Source of the DNA: a virus
Direction: 5' to 3' (one strand)
Length of the DNA stretch: 37,515 nucleotides
IMG/VR virus record: IMGVR_UViG_3300025326_000008
The position numbers and the translations under genes were made by a program. The notes under the pieces are model-generated. The model was not told the DNA's origin, ran no database searches, and saw nothing but the letters and a program-made list of their open reading frames with translations. Shown here in pieces: positions 1-6,835 of this stretch; position 1 is the stretch's first letter, and every line of letters begins with the position of its first letter.

Positions 1-127
1 ACTTTGTGCTAGATATCCAAGGGCCGGTACAGTCCTTTAACGCAGAACTTAAATACCGGCCTTTTTTAATATCTTCTTTCTAAATACATCACCTAACTTG
101 GTCATATTGTCGAGGTAATTATCCATG
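1..127. repeat. 127-bp terminal overlap, copy 1 (identical to 37389..37515)
   Basis: Direct comparison: bases 1-127 (actttgtgctagatatcc...ggtaattatccatg) recur base for base at 37389-37515. This is consistent with a circular contig closed by a k-mer-length overlap, or with a short direct terminal repeat. Confidence 0.9.
22..67 (+). terminator. Plus-strand intrinsic-terminator-like hairpin of cassette F (duplicate copy of 37410..37455)
   Basis: ggccggta (22-29) pairs with taccggcc (54-61) around a 24-nt loop, followed by T6 (62-67) on the plus strand. It overlaps the stop codon of the minus-strand gene 49..399. Confidence 0.45.
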
Positions 128-399
128 TTAATTTCGTGTTCTACCGGCGGATCGTTGTCTATGACAAAACCTTCGAACATTCTCATTGGCGAATTTTCAA
201 ATAAAAACACTTCTTTCTTCCGCTTCCATTTACTCTTGCATTCTTCTGCGGTCATATAATGTGTGTGTCCTTCACAGGTTACCTTTAACATTCTATCTTG
301 TCTTTCGGCTTGTTTAACGTATTTGGCGTTTATACGAACACAAGGGAAATCTTTGTAAACGAACATTGCTTTGTCGATTGGTACTTCTATAAAATCCAT
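49..399 (-). CDS. Hypothetical protein (116 aa)
   Basis: ORF track. ATG at 399 with an AGAGGA SD-like motif about 7 nt upstream. No family recognised. Confidence 0.6.
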   Translation of the reverse strand: MDFIEVPIDKAMFVYKDFPCVRINAKYVKQAERQDRMLKVTCEGHTHYMTAEECKSKWKRKKEVFLFENSPMRMFEGFVIDNDPPVEHEINMDNYLDNMTKLGDVFRKKILKKAGI

Positions 400-436
400 T
401 AGTATCCTCTTTCTAATACTTTTTTAGCGTCTTTAA

Positions 437-586
437 TCAGGTAAGAAAGGTATCACCGTCTTTGTGAGTTTCGTGTCTTAGTTTCATAGTGTTTATATCC
501 CTACCACCTGAAGGTGAAAGAAACACGTTCCCCCCCTCCCCCCTTAGGTTAATGTAAACGATTGCTTCAGCCGAAAATTGTTTCAT
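437..586 (-). CDS. Possible small ORF (49 aa, MKQFSAEAIVYINLRGEGGN...)
   Basis: Hand translation. ATG at 586 with GGAGG about 14 nt upstream. Contains the G6-A-G7 tract. Below the ORF-track size cutoff. Confidence 0.25.
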   Translation of the reverse strand: MKQFSAEAIVYINLRGEGGNVFLSPSGGRDINTMKLRHETHKDGDTFLT

Positions 587-685
587 TTCGGGAGAAACGG
601 CCTCCTATCGTTCTAAGGCTTATGTTTCTGTTCCATCCCCACCCCTTCGGTGTTTTAGAATGTCTTAACGAGATTATTTATAGCC

Positions 686-967
686 TCACCCGTTATTTAA
701 GTTCCCCTTGGCTGTTTTTTTACTTGTGTCCATGTCTTCTTTTAATTGTTCCAGTAATACTTTGCTTTGTGCGATTTCTAACGAAGACAAGTGTCTGACT
801 TCAATGGGGTTTAGTTCGGTTTCAAATAAACAAGGAGCACACTGAGTCATTTCCGGAAACACTTTCTTAAAACCAACGTGCCAATACTTCCATATTTTCT
901 TTCCGCAGGTTTCACAATTTATAATTGCTTCGGGAGTTATGTCGGAAAAGGCTGGAGAATCTGTCAT
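686..967 (-). CDS. Hypothetical zinc-ribbon-like protein (93 aa)
   Basis: ORF track. Cys pairs CETCGKK and CAPC. ATG at 967. Confidence 0.55.
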   Translation of the reverse strand: MTDSPAFSDITPEAIINCETCGKKIWKYWHVGFKKVFPEMTQCAPCLFETELNPIEVRHLSSLEIAQSKVLLEQLKEDMDTSKKTAKGNLNNG

Positions 968-973
968 GTCTTA

Positions 974-1001
974 ATTGTAAAGAGTTTTACTGAACAATCA
1001 A
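974..1001 (-). promoter_or_regulatory. Sigma70-like promoter, -10 only 6 nt from the ATG (leaderless candidate)
   Basis: Minus strand: TTGATT (1001..996), 16-nt spacer, TACAAT (979..974), then taagac and ATG (967). Confidence 0.4.
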
Positions 1002-1089
1002 CTACCACTTAAACATACAAACTAGAAGCAAACTGTATCATGTGTTATACTTAGTGACAGGAGACAGCTCGGCATTGAAAGATGTCGGG

Positions 1090-1587
1090 CTATTTTCTTT
1101 TAAGGTGTTCTACGTTCTCGTGTTCTTTGTTAGAAGAATATAGTTTAAGATTTTTAAGTCGATTGTCTAGTTTATTTCCATTGATATGATGAACCACCTC
1201 GCCCACCAATAGATATCTTCCAGTTTCCTTTTCCATAACCAGTCGATGTTCTCTTACATAACCCATTGAATTTGCATATGGATGTTGGGACATCTTTATC
1301 AAGAAGTATCCGTGTTTTATAATTTTGCCACCCAAACCTTTGTTCCACGGAGTTCTTCCTATCATTTTAGAAGTATCTTTTATTTTCCAGTGCATTCCCA
1401 ATACGCCACTGGTCTTTCCTTTCTTAATCTCGCTCATTATTTGTTTTACTTTTGCCGAGTGTCTCTTACCGAAAAACGAGTTTTTTGGTCCGATTCTACT
1501 TTTTCCCAAACAAGATCGACTACAAAATTTAGATTTTCGATTTCTACTTTTATATGTTTTATGACAAAAGGCACAATTAAATACCAT
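1090..1587 (-). CDS. HNH homing endonuclease (HNH_3-like), paralog of 23414..23956
   Basis: Motif EHRLVMEKETGRYLLVGEVVHHINGNKLDNRLKNLKL, plus N-terminal Cys motifs (CAFCHK, FCSRSC). The track ORF begins at TTG 1611. The first ATG (1587) sits 6 nt downstream of a good -10 box, so it is preferred. Confidence 0.85.
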   Translation of the reverse strand: MVFNCAFCHKTYKSRNRKSKFCSRSCLGKSRIGPKNSFFGKRHSAKVKQIMSEIKKGKTSGVLGMHWKIKDTSKMIGRTPWNKGLGGKIIKHGYFLIKMSQHPYANSMGYVREHRLVMEKETGRYLLVGEVVHHINGNKLDNRLKNLKLYSSNKEHENVEHLKRK

Positions 1588-1593
1588 GAAGAT

Positions 1594-1622
1594 ATGATAC
1601 ACCCAAGCCAAACTAAATGCAA
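1594..1622 (-). promoter_or_regulatory. Sigma70-like promoter abutting the HNH start (leaderless candidate)
   Basis: Minus strand: TTGCAT (1622..1617), 17-nt spacer, TATCAT (1599..1594), then atcttc and ATG (1587). Confidence 0.45.
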
Positions 1623-2582
1623 CTAGCTATTGGCTTTTAATATGTCGTTGTGATAAATGATTTCTTTTCCGCCCGATTTTAATGTAACCGCACAACCATA
1701 CATTGATTCTACATCTTGTTGAGCATAACCAATTTTTCGTGCATATTCATCTGTGGGTTTATAGGGGCCAAGTGATATGTGGTGTACAATTCTCGCTACT
1801 CCCCCAAACTGGTTTACGGTTTGTTCTGAGTGTCCTTTGGTGTGGGTGTGTGCGTTGAAGTAAATGTCTGCACCTTGAATTTCCTGAGAAGCCCTTTTAC
1901 TGGCCCATGTGTTATCTCTAATAGATGAACCCCTAAGTCTATGTCCACCTGTAATTCGATACTCTTGGTCGTCTACTTTTGCGGTTAAGTGTCCTATACC
2001 TTGCATATAGTAAGCTCCCATGCTGTTCATAATTGCATATGGGTCAATTCCCATTTTTTTTGCCCACCCGTCATGGTCTCCGCCAAACGCTATTAAGAGT
2101 TTTCTGTTCATCGCCAAATGGCTTACAAGCGATTTCATATAAGCATACTGTTCCGGCACCTGTTCTATCTGCTCCATTTGTGCCGGATTGAAGAAAAACC
2201 CATCTATTAAGTCTCCAACTAAAATTACATACGAATTAGGTGTCTCAACAATTGCCTTAATTTCTTTTTCTAACCTATCGTAATGGGTAAAAGGAGAACC
2301 TGTGTGTGCATCTCCTATAAAATTTAGGGTTGTATCTCCCTTAAACTGAATACTTACGTGGTCTAGTTCTGCATCTGAAGTCTCTTTCCATTCTGTCTGT
2401 CGGTGAATAAACCTATCAGACCAATAACTGAAATCTCTAGGGAACGTCTTGGGGGTCTCCATAATCGGAGTGTCTGTTGATTTGCGTCTGATTTCTTTGT
2501 CAGATTCAAAACTTCCGTCTGGTAAAAAGATTCCTCTTTCAGGCATATTGTCTCCTATGTAAATGACACCTTTGTTCGCCAT
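1623..2582 (-). CDS. Calcineurin-like metallophosphoesterase
   Basis: Motifs in canonical order: GDAHTG (DxH), VGDLIDG (GDxxD), GGDHD (GNHD/E-like), NAHTHTKGH (GHxH-like). An alternative start, MPERG at 2546, would overlap the stop of the small ORF 2539..2685. Confidence 0.8.
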   Translation of the reverse strand: MANKGVIYIGDNMPERGIFLPDGSFESDKEIRRKSTDTPIMETPKTFPRDFSYWSDRFIHRQTEWKETSDAELDHVSIQFKGDTTLNFIGDAHTGSPFTHYDRLEKEIKAIVETPNSYVILVGDLIDGFFFNPAQMEQIEQVPEQYAYMKSLVSHLAMNRKLLIAFGGDHDGWAKKMGIDPYAIMNSMGAYYMQGIGHLTAKVDDQEYRITGGHRLRGSSIRDNTWASKRASQEIQGADIYFNAHTHTKGHSEQTVNQFGGVARIVHHISLGPYKPTDEYARKIGYAQQDVESMYGCAVTLKSGGKEIIYHNDILKANS

Positions 2583-2685
2583 CCTTGCTGGTTAAGGCTC
2601 CATGTTTATTTATGAAAATAAAAAATACCAATCCCAAAACAGACAAAATCCCCTCTATAATTAGAAAACCGAGCAGTAATTTCAT
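2539..2685 (-). CDS. Possible small membrane protein (48 aa, MKLLLGFLIIEGILSVLGLVFFIFINK...)
   Basis: Hand translation. ATG 6 nt after the stop of 2692..2895. One clear TM segment. Its stop overlaps the alternative ATG (2546) of the phosphoesterase as ATGCCTGA. Confidence 0.3.
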   Translation of the reverse strand: MKLLLGFLIIEGILSVLGLVFFIFINKHGALTSKDGEQRCHLHRRQYA

Positions 2686-2691
2686 ATAGAC

Positions 2692-2895
2692 TCACCTTCT
2701 TTCGATAACTAAATTATTTATCTCTAGTCTTATTTCAGTCAGTTTTTCTTTTACTTTTTGTCTATCTAGTTCTTGAAGTTTGTCCAGCGAAATTCCTGCA
2801 AGGGTTTGATTATTAGTTGAAAGTGCTTCAGCATACAAAGTAAGAAGCCCTTGTCGGGCTTGGTCTTCTAAAACAGAATTGTAGATTTCGGTCAT
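2692..2895 (-). CDS. Hypothetical protein (67 aa, helical/coiled-coil-like)
   Basis: ORF track. ATGA overlap with the upstream gene. Confidence 0.5.
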   Translation of the reverse strand: MTEIYNSVLEDQARQGLLTLYAEALSTNNQTLAGISLDKLQELDRQKVKEKLTEIRLEINNLVIERR

Positions 2896-3140
2896 TTGGT
2901 CCCTCCTATAAGTTGTCCTGCTTTATACACTCCACTACTGGCAAGTCCAACGGCTAATCCTATTTCCATACTCGGAAGTCCAAACCATTTAAGGAATCCA
3001 AATAGTGTTCCAGCTATAACGGCAGTCATAAAGAACACAAATGATTTCCAATTCTTATCTAAAGCAAATTGGATACCATTTACAAGTCCTATTAAAACAA
3101 AAGCGGCCATTGCATAAATTGCTAAATCCATAATAGTCAC
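2892..3140 (-). CDS. Small membrane protein, holin-like (2-3 TM)
   Basis: Hydrophobic segments AIYAMAAFVLIGLVNGI, FVFFMTAVIAGTLFGFL and IGLAVGLASSGVY. Lies next to the M23 lysin. Start is GTG 3140 (GTGA overlap) or ATG 3131. Confidence 0.5.
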   Translation of the reverse strand: MTIMDLAIYAMAAFVLIGLVNGIQFALDKNWKSFVFFMTAVIAGTLFGFLKWFGLPSMEIGLAVGLASSGVYKAGQLIGGTK

Positions 3141-3382
3141 CCCCTTGTCAAATAACTAAACGCCAAGAAAATAATAATCAATTTTCCCCACCAAACTAAC
3201 TCATACGCAAATCTATCAATTTTGTCTTTTGATTTTTTACCATACATCATTTTTTCTTTTTCCGTTCTAATTAGCTTCTTAACCTCTTTCCAAAACTTAG
3301 TCCATGCAGGGTTTACCTCACTAGAAACTCTATCCCACCTCCGAATTTTAGCTGCCAGTTTTCTCTGTTCATTTTTTGTCAT
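3137..3382 (-). CDS. Small protein with basic N-terminus and C-terminal TM anchor (81 aa)
   Basis: ORF track. C-terminal WWGKLIIIFLAFSYL. Lies in the lysis neighbourhood. Confidence 0.5.
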   Translation of the reverse strand: MTKNEQRKLAAKIRRWDRVSSEVNPAWTKFWKEVKKLIRTEKEKMMYGKKSKDKIDRFAYELVWWGKLIIIFLAFSYLTRG

Positions 3383-3413
3383 AACTGCTTGCTTTTAAGG
3401 GGCAAGCGTAACC

Positions 3414-4094
3414 TCAATCCAAGATATTTCTCGCATTTTGTATCTTGGTCTTTATTTGCTGAATTTCGTTGTCTTTATTAACAAGCTGTGCTTTTTGGTC
3501 ATTCATGGTACTTCTAACAGCTTGCATCTCCATTGTTCCCCATGGTGTACCGAAGTCATATTTGCTCTGGTCGTTTATTGGGGCTGTTACTGGTGCCGCC
3601 ATCCAAGTATTTATGAAAGCAATTGGGTCTTCCCAGTATTGATTTAATTCACTTGTAGTATTGGCGATATTGTCTATCCCAAAAGCTACAGGGTCTACTT
3701 TGAATATAGCAAAATGAAGATGTGCATATGGAGTACCACTTTTTCCGAGACGACCTATTATTTGACCCTCTGTGACCTCCTGTACGCCATTGAGAAAGCC
3801 CGTATCCCCTAAATGGCAGCAATGTACCCATCTGGTTCCCCAAGCTCCCTCAATGCGGTACACGAGGTGTCGGCCAAATCCTGTTGTCGGGTGGGAAGAA
3901 AAGTGATAGTAAACTATCTTTCCGTTGGCTATTGCTTTTATCTCTTGTCCTAGGTCCGTATCCCCACCTGTTTTAAGGTTTAGGTCTACACCTTCATGAT
4001 AACCGTAAGAGGTCTGTGCTCCAAATCCTTGAGCATTGTACCAATCCTTTTCAAAAGAAATCTTTGAACCGTCGGCTGTTACTGGATAACGCAT
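3414..4094 (-). CDS. M23-family peptidase (putative endolysin)
   Basis: HxxxD motif in GYHEGVDLN and HxH motif in PYAHLHFAIF, with the usual spacing. Flanked by small membrane proteins. Confidence 0.85.
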   Translation of the reverse strand: MRYPVTADGSKISFEKDWYNAQGFGAQTSYGYHEGVDLNLKTGGDTDLGQEIKAIANGKIVYYHFSSHPTTGFGRHLVYRIEGAWGTRWVHCCHLGDTGFLNGVQEVTEGQIIGRLGKSGTPYAHLHFAIFKVDPVAFGIDNIANTTSELNQYWEDPIAFINTWMAAPVTAPINDQSKYDFGTPWGTMEMQAVRSTMNDQKAQLVNKDNEIQQIKTKIQNARNILD

Positions 4095-4097
4095 GTT

Positions 4098-4493
4098 TTA
4101 TTTTGTTACTTCTTCTTTAATCTCCTTAACGTCTTTTTTAATTACTTTGACATCACTTTTAGTTTGGGCAATGTTTTTACTATCATCTTCCTTTTTATAT
4201 TTTTTGTGAAACAGGTAGTTAAGGTAAAGTCCAACACCTAATAAAGTAATTGGATTTATTGTGGCGATTGCTCTACCTATATTACTATTTGCTCCGTGAA
4301 ACAAAGTAAGATAGCGTGAGATTGCTATGACTACTGAACCAAGAAATATCGCAAAGGTTAGTGTTTTAAGAAAAACCAATCCAATCCCATCTTTGGTTTT
4401 AAGCGTTCTCAAAAACAGATAAAGGAACATGAGTGAGGTCAGGACATAAAGTCCGAAGCCGATAAAGAGTATGTATTCCATTAAAGTGTCCAT
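4098..4493 (-). CDS. Multi-TM membrane protein with charged C-terminal tail (holin-like, 131 aa)
   Basis: Several TM segments (ILFIGFGLYVLTSLMFLYLF, LTFAIFLGSVVIAI, ITLLGVGLYLNYLF) and a K/E-rich tail. The track ORF begins at TTG 4523. ATG 4493 lies 1 nt after the upstream stop. Confidence 0.5.
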   Translation of the reverse strand: MDTLMEYILFIGFGLYVLTSLMFLYLFLRTLKTKDGIGLVFLKTLTFAIFLGSVVIAISRYLTLFHGANSNIGRAIATINPITLLGVGLYLNYLFHKKYKKEDDSKNIAQTKSDVKVIKKDVKEIKEEVTK

Positions 4494-4494
4494 A

Positions 4495-4758
4495 TTATAG
4501 ATTAAATACCATCTTAACTCCAACTAAGCCTAGTACGCCTGCAACCAAAGGTATAATTACATACTTAAACATCGTCTGTAACCCATCTACTTTACCATCA
4601 ACTCTTTCAAACCCCTGGGCATTAAGAGTATTTTGCGTATTTAACATCTCTACTATTCTACCTGTTACCATGGCCTGTTGTTTAGTGCTCTCTGAGATGA
4701 CTGTTATCGCTTCCGTAGTTTTTTTAACAAAGTCAATAATCTCTGTTTGTTGTGTCAT
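4495..4758 (-). CDS. Small protein with C-terminal TM anchor (87 aa)
   Basis: ORF track. C-terminal YVIIPLVAGVLGLVGVKMVF. ATGA overlap with the upstream gene. Confidence 0.5.
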   Translation of the reverse strand: MTQQTEIIDFVKKTTEAITVISESTKQQAMVTGRIVEMLNTQNTLNAQGFERVDGKVDGLQTMFKYVIIPLVAGVLGLVGVKMVFNL

Positions 4759-5756
4759 AACATTGCAAAGAAACCTGCTGATGGTACGGTATAAGTCACT
4801 ACTAATTTAGGTTTATTGGAACCGTAATCAGATGAACGAAAAACAATCGAGGCGGACACACTACCAGACCATGTAGGTGCTGAATTGTCAATATCACAAC
4901 TCAATAAATGTCCATATTTGCTTATACCCGTTTTGGAAATGCTTGCTATACCATCCGCATTAAAAGTCCAGTCGTTGTATCCGCTCGCATTCCATGCCGA
5001 AAGGGCTATGTCGTTTGCATACCTTGTTGAACCAAATTTAGCAATTGCATAATCTCCTGTGGCTAATCCTGTATTTGAGGTTGGGTTGGAACTAACTATT
5101 CCAAAACCTTGACTTAAATAGTCGCCTATTGAATTTCCGTATCCCGAAAAAGTTGCTGCAGTGATAATTACAGTGATACCCAATGAAGATGTATCAAACA
5201 AACTAACCCCTCTACTATTAGAAGTGTAGACATTGGGTGAACCCGAACAAGATAATTGAGCATAAGTAGTAGTACGGGTATCATCCACCGAAGTACCAGC
5301 ACCTGATCTGATCGTGGCAAAGTCGCTATCTGTGATTCTATTGATTTCACCATCGACACTTGTGCTTTCTGGGTGTGCATCTGGATTGAAAGTTGCAGGA
5401 GAAGCTAGATAAATTAAAGGAAGTTTGTTTTCAAGTTGTTTCGTTTCTCCCATAAAGTGAGGAATTACAAAAGGTCTTTCTTTTGGGGTAATTGAACGTA
5501 AAACTTCGGGCATATCTGCATGTAAACAATCTACCGCAGTTAAAACATCGGCGAAGTGTTTTACATAAGGAGAACGAGAATGAAAAGTTGCTCTAAATGT
5601 GTTTTTGTCTAATTGTTCGTGTATTCCATCTGGGGTAATTTTAACAATCGGGTTTTTATATTTAACTCCAAATTGCGAGATAAAATCACGGCCATAAGAA
5701 GTATTGGCAAAAGCAACCAATTCTCTTTGGTATTTCTTAAAGAGTGGTCTTATCAT
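4755..5756 (-). CDS. Hypothetical virion protein, possibly tail-fibre associated or receptor binding (333 aa)
   Basis: Lies immediately downstream of the tail-fibre-like gene. S/T/G/N-rich beta-type C-terminal half. No family recognised. Confidence 0.45.
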   Translation of the reverse strand: MIRPLFKKYQRELVAFANTSYGRDFISQFGVKYKNPIVKITPDGIHEQLDKNTFRATFHSRSPYVKHFADVLTAVDCLHADMPEVLRSITPKERPFVIPHFMGETKQLENKLPLIYLASPATFNPDAHPESTSVDGEINRITDSDFATIRSGAGTSVDDTRTTTYAQLSCSGSPNVYTSNSRGVSLFDTSSLGITVIITAATFSGYGNSIGDYLSQGFGIVSSNPTSNTGLATGDYAIAKFGSTRYANDIALSAWNASGYNDWTFNADGIASISKTGISKYGHLLSCDIDNSAPTWSGSVSASIVFRSSDYGSNKPKLVVTYTVPSAGFFAML

Positions 5757-5762
5757 ATCTGT

Positions 5763-6692
5763 CTATGCTACCCCCACACAATGCCATTTAGAAGTATCCG
5801 CACGCCAAACAACTGCAATATCAATACGAGCCGTTGTCACTGTGGTTGTGGGAAGGGTTGCACCCGCACTTGATTCAAATTGAGTATCATAGGTTAAAGC
5901 TCTTGCACCAGTTCCCGTTACCGCAAGCCATAAAGTCTGGCCATCCGTAGGAGTACCTGTTGGATTATTAAACTTTAAAGCTCCCGCTTGGGCTGTAACT
6001 ATAAAAGTATCTAAATTATCACAATTAAGTGAAGTACCTGTGTCTGTGGTGTAGTTTGTAGCAGATAAAACTCTTTTCTTGGTCTTCACCCCACCGGTTC
6101 CCTTGGGAACTAGGTTAATATCAATATTTGTATCTCCCCCTGTTGCTGAAATAATTGGGCCACTACCTGTTGCATTATTTGAAATAGTGAGTTCGTTTAC
6201 TGCTGAACCCACGGCTGTTACTTTAATAAGCTCGTTTCCACTAGAATCATTTATACCTGTGGTAACCTGGGGAGAAGTGGCCTTAAGAAGTCCTGCTCCA
6301 AACGTTTTAGCACCTGTCACTGTCTGTGCCCCTGCAAGCATGGCTACTTTGGTGGCATCGTGCGCACCTGTTTGACCATGTTCAACCAAAATGCCGTCTA
6401 TAATGTCGTCACGGTCTCTGGCATTATCTATATACTCAACCGTCGGAGAGGTGTGAGATTGGTCGCTGGTTCCGTCCACTCCTCTTTCTTCAATAACAAA
6501 GTTAGATCCGGAGATCCGACCTAAAATTCTTTCTATTTTACCTGCAACATCTCTGTCGAATGTCAAAACCAAGTCGGTATCTGTCGGAACCCCGGCAACA
6601 GAGGATAGTGTTATCGTCTCTCCTGTCCCTGTACCAAACGAATTACTAGTTGTGGAATAGAGTGACTGGGACTTCCTAAACAAATCTGCCAC
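5763..6692 (-). CDS. Tail fibre-like protein (309 aa)
   Basis: GTG start with an AAAGGA motif upstream. The segment NELTISNNATGSGPIISATGGDTNIDINLVPKGTGGVK resembles a motif common in phage tail fibres. Position fits the tail module. Confidence 0.65.
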   Translation of the reverse strand: MADLFRKSQSLYSTTSNSFGTGTGETITLSSVAGVPTDTDLVLTFDRDVAGKIERILGRISGSNFVIEERGVDGTSDQSHTSPTVEYIDNARDRDDIIDGILVEHGQTGAHDATKVAMLAGAQTVTGAKTFGAGLLKATSPQVTTGINDSSGNELIKVTAVGSAVNELTISNNATGSGPIISATGGDTNIDINLVPKGTGGVKTKKRVLSATNYTTDTGTSLNCDNLDTFIVTAQAGALKFNNPTGTPTDGQTLWLAVTGTGARALTYDTQFESSAGATLPTTTVTTARIDIAVVWRADTSKWHCVGVA

Positions 6693-6739
6693 TTTATTTG
6701 ATCCTTTCTATTGTGTGTTTAAACATATATTTAATCCAT

Positions 6740-6764
6740 AAAAAAGACGCACAACTTGTGCGCC
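6740..6764 (-). terminator. Intrinsic terminator of cassette E
   Basis: Minus strand: ggcgcaca-agt-tgtgcgtc followed by U6. It contains one G-U pair that would be an A-C mismatch on the plus strand. Confidence 0.65.
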
Positions 6765-6805
6765 TCTGTCCATAAACTACGGATAACGGGCTTACTGACT
6801 CCTTT

Positions 6806-6834
6806 TGTATATCATTTATCATTATCTTTGTCAA
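6806..6834 (-). promoter_or_regulatory. Promoter of cassette E (extended -10)
   Basis: Minus strand: TTGACA (6834..6829), 17-nt spacer ending aaaTGA, TATACA (6811..6806). It starts 2 nt after the stop of 6836..8794. Confidence 0.55.
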
Positions 6835-6835
6835 T

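Noticed and set aside
1066-1091. 10-bp hairpin (agctcggcat-tgaaag-atgtcgggct) right after the HNH gene, as a possible minus-strand terminator.
   Set aside because: There is no U-tract on the minus strand, and the T-rich run follows only on the plus strand, where no gene exists. It could be a stabilising hairpin, but the evidence is insufficient.
1162-1190. Plus-strand TTGTCT-16-TGATATGAT promoter-like match inside the HNH gene.
   Set aside because: It is a single occurrence inside coding sequence with no downstream terminator or ORF. It is most likely a chance match in AT-rich DNA.
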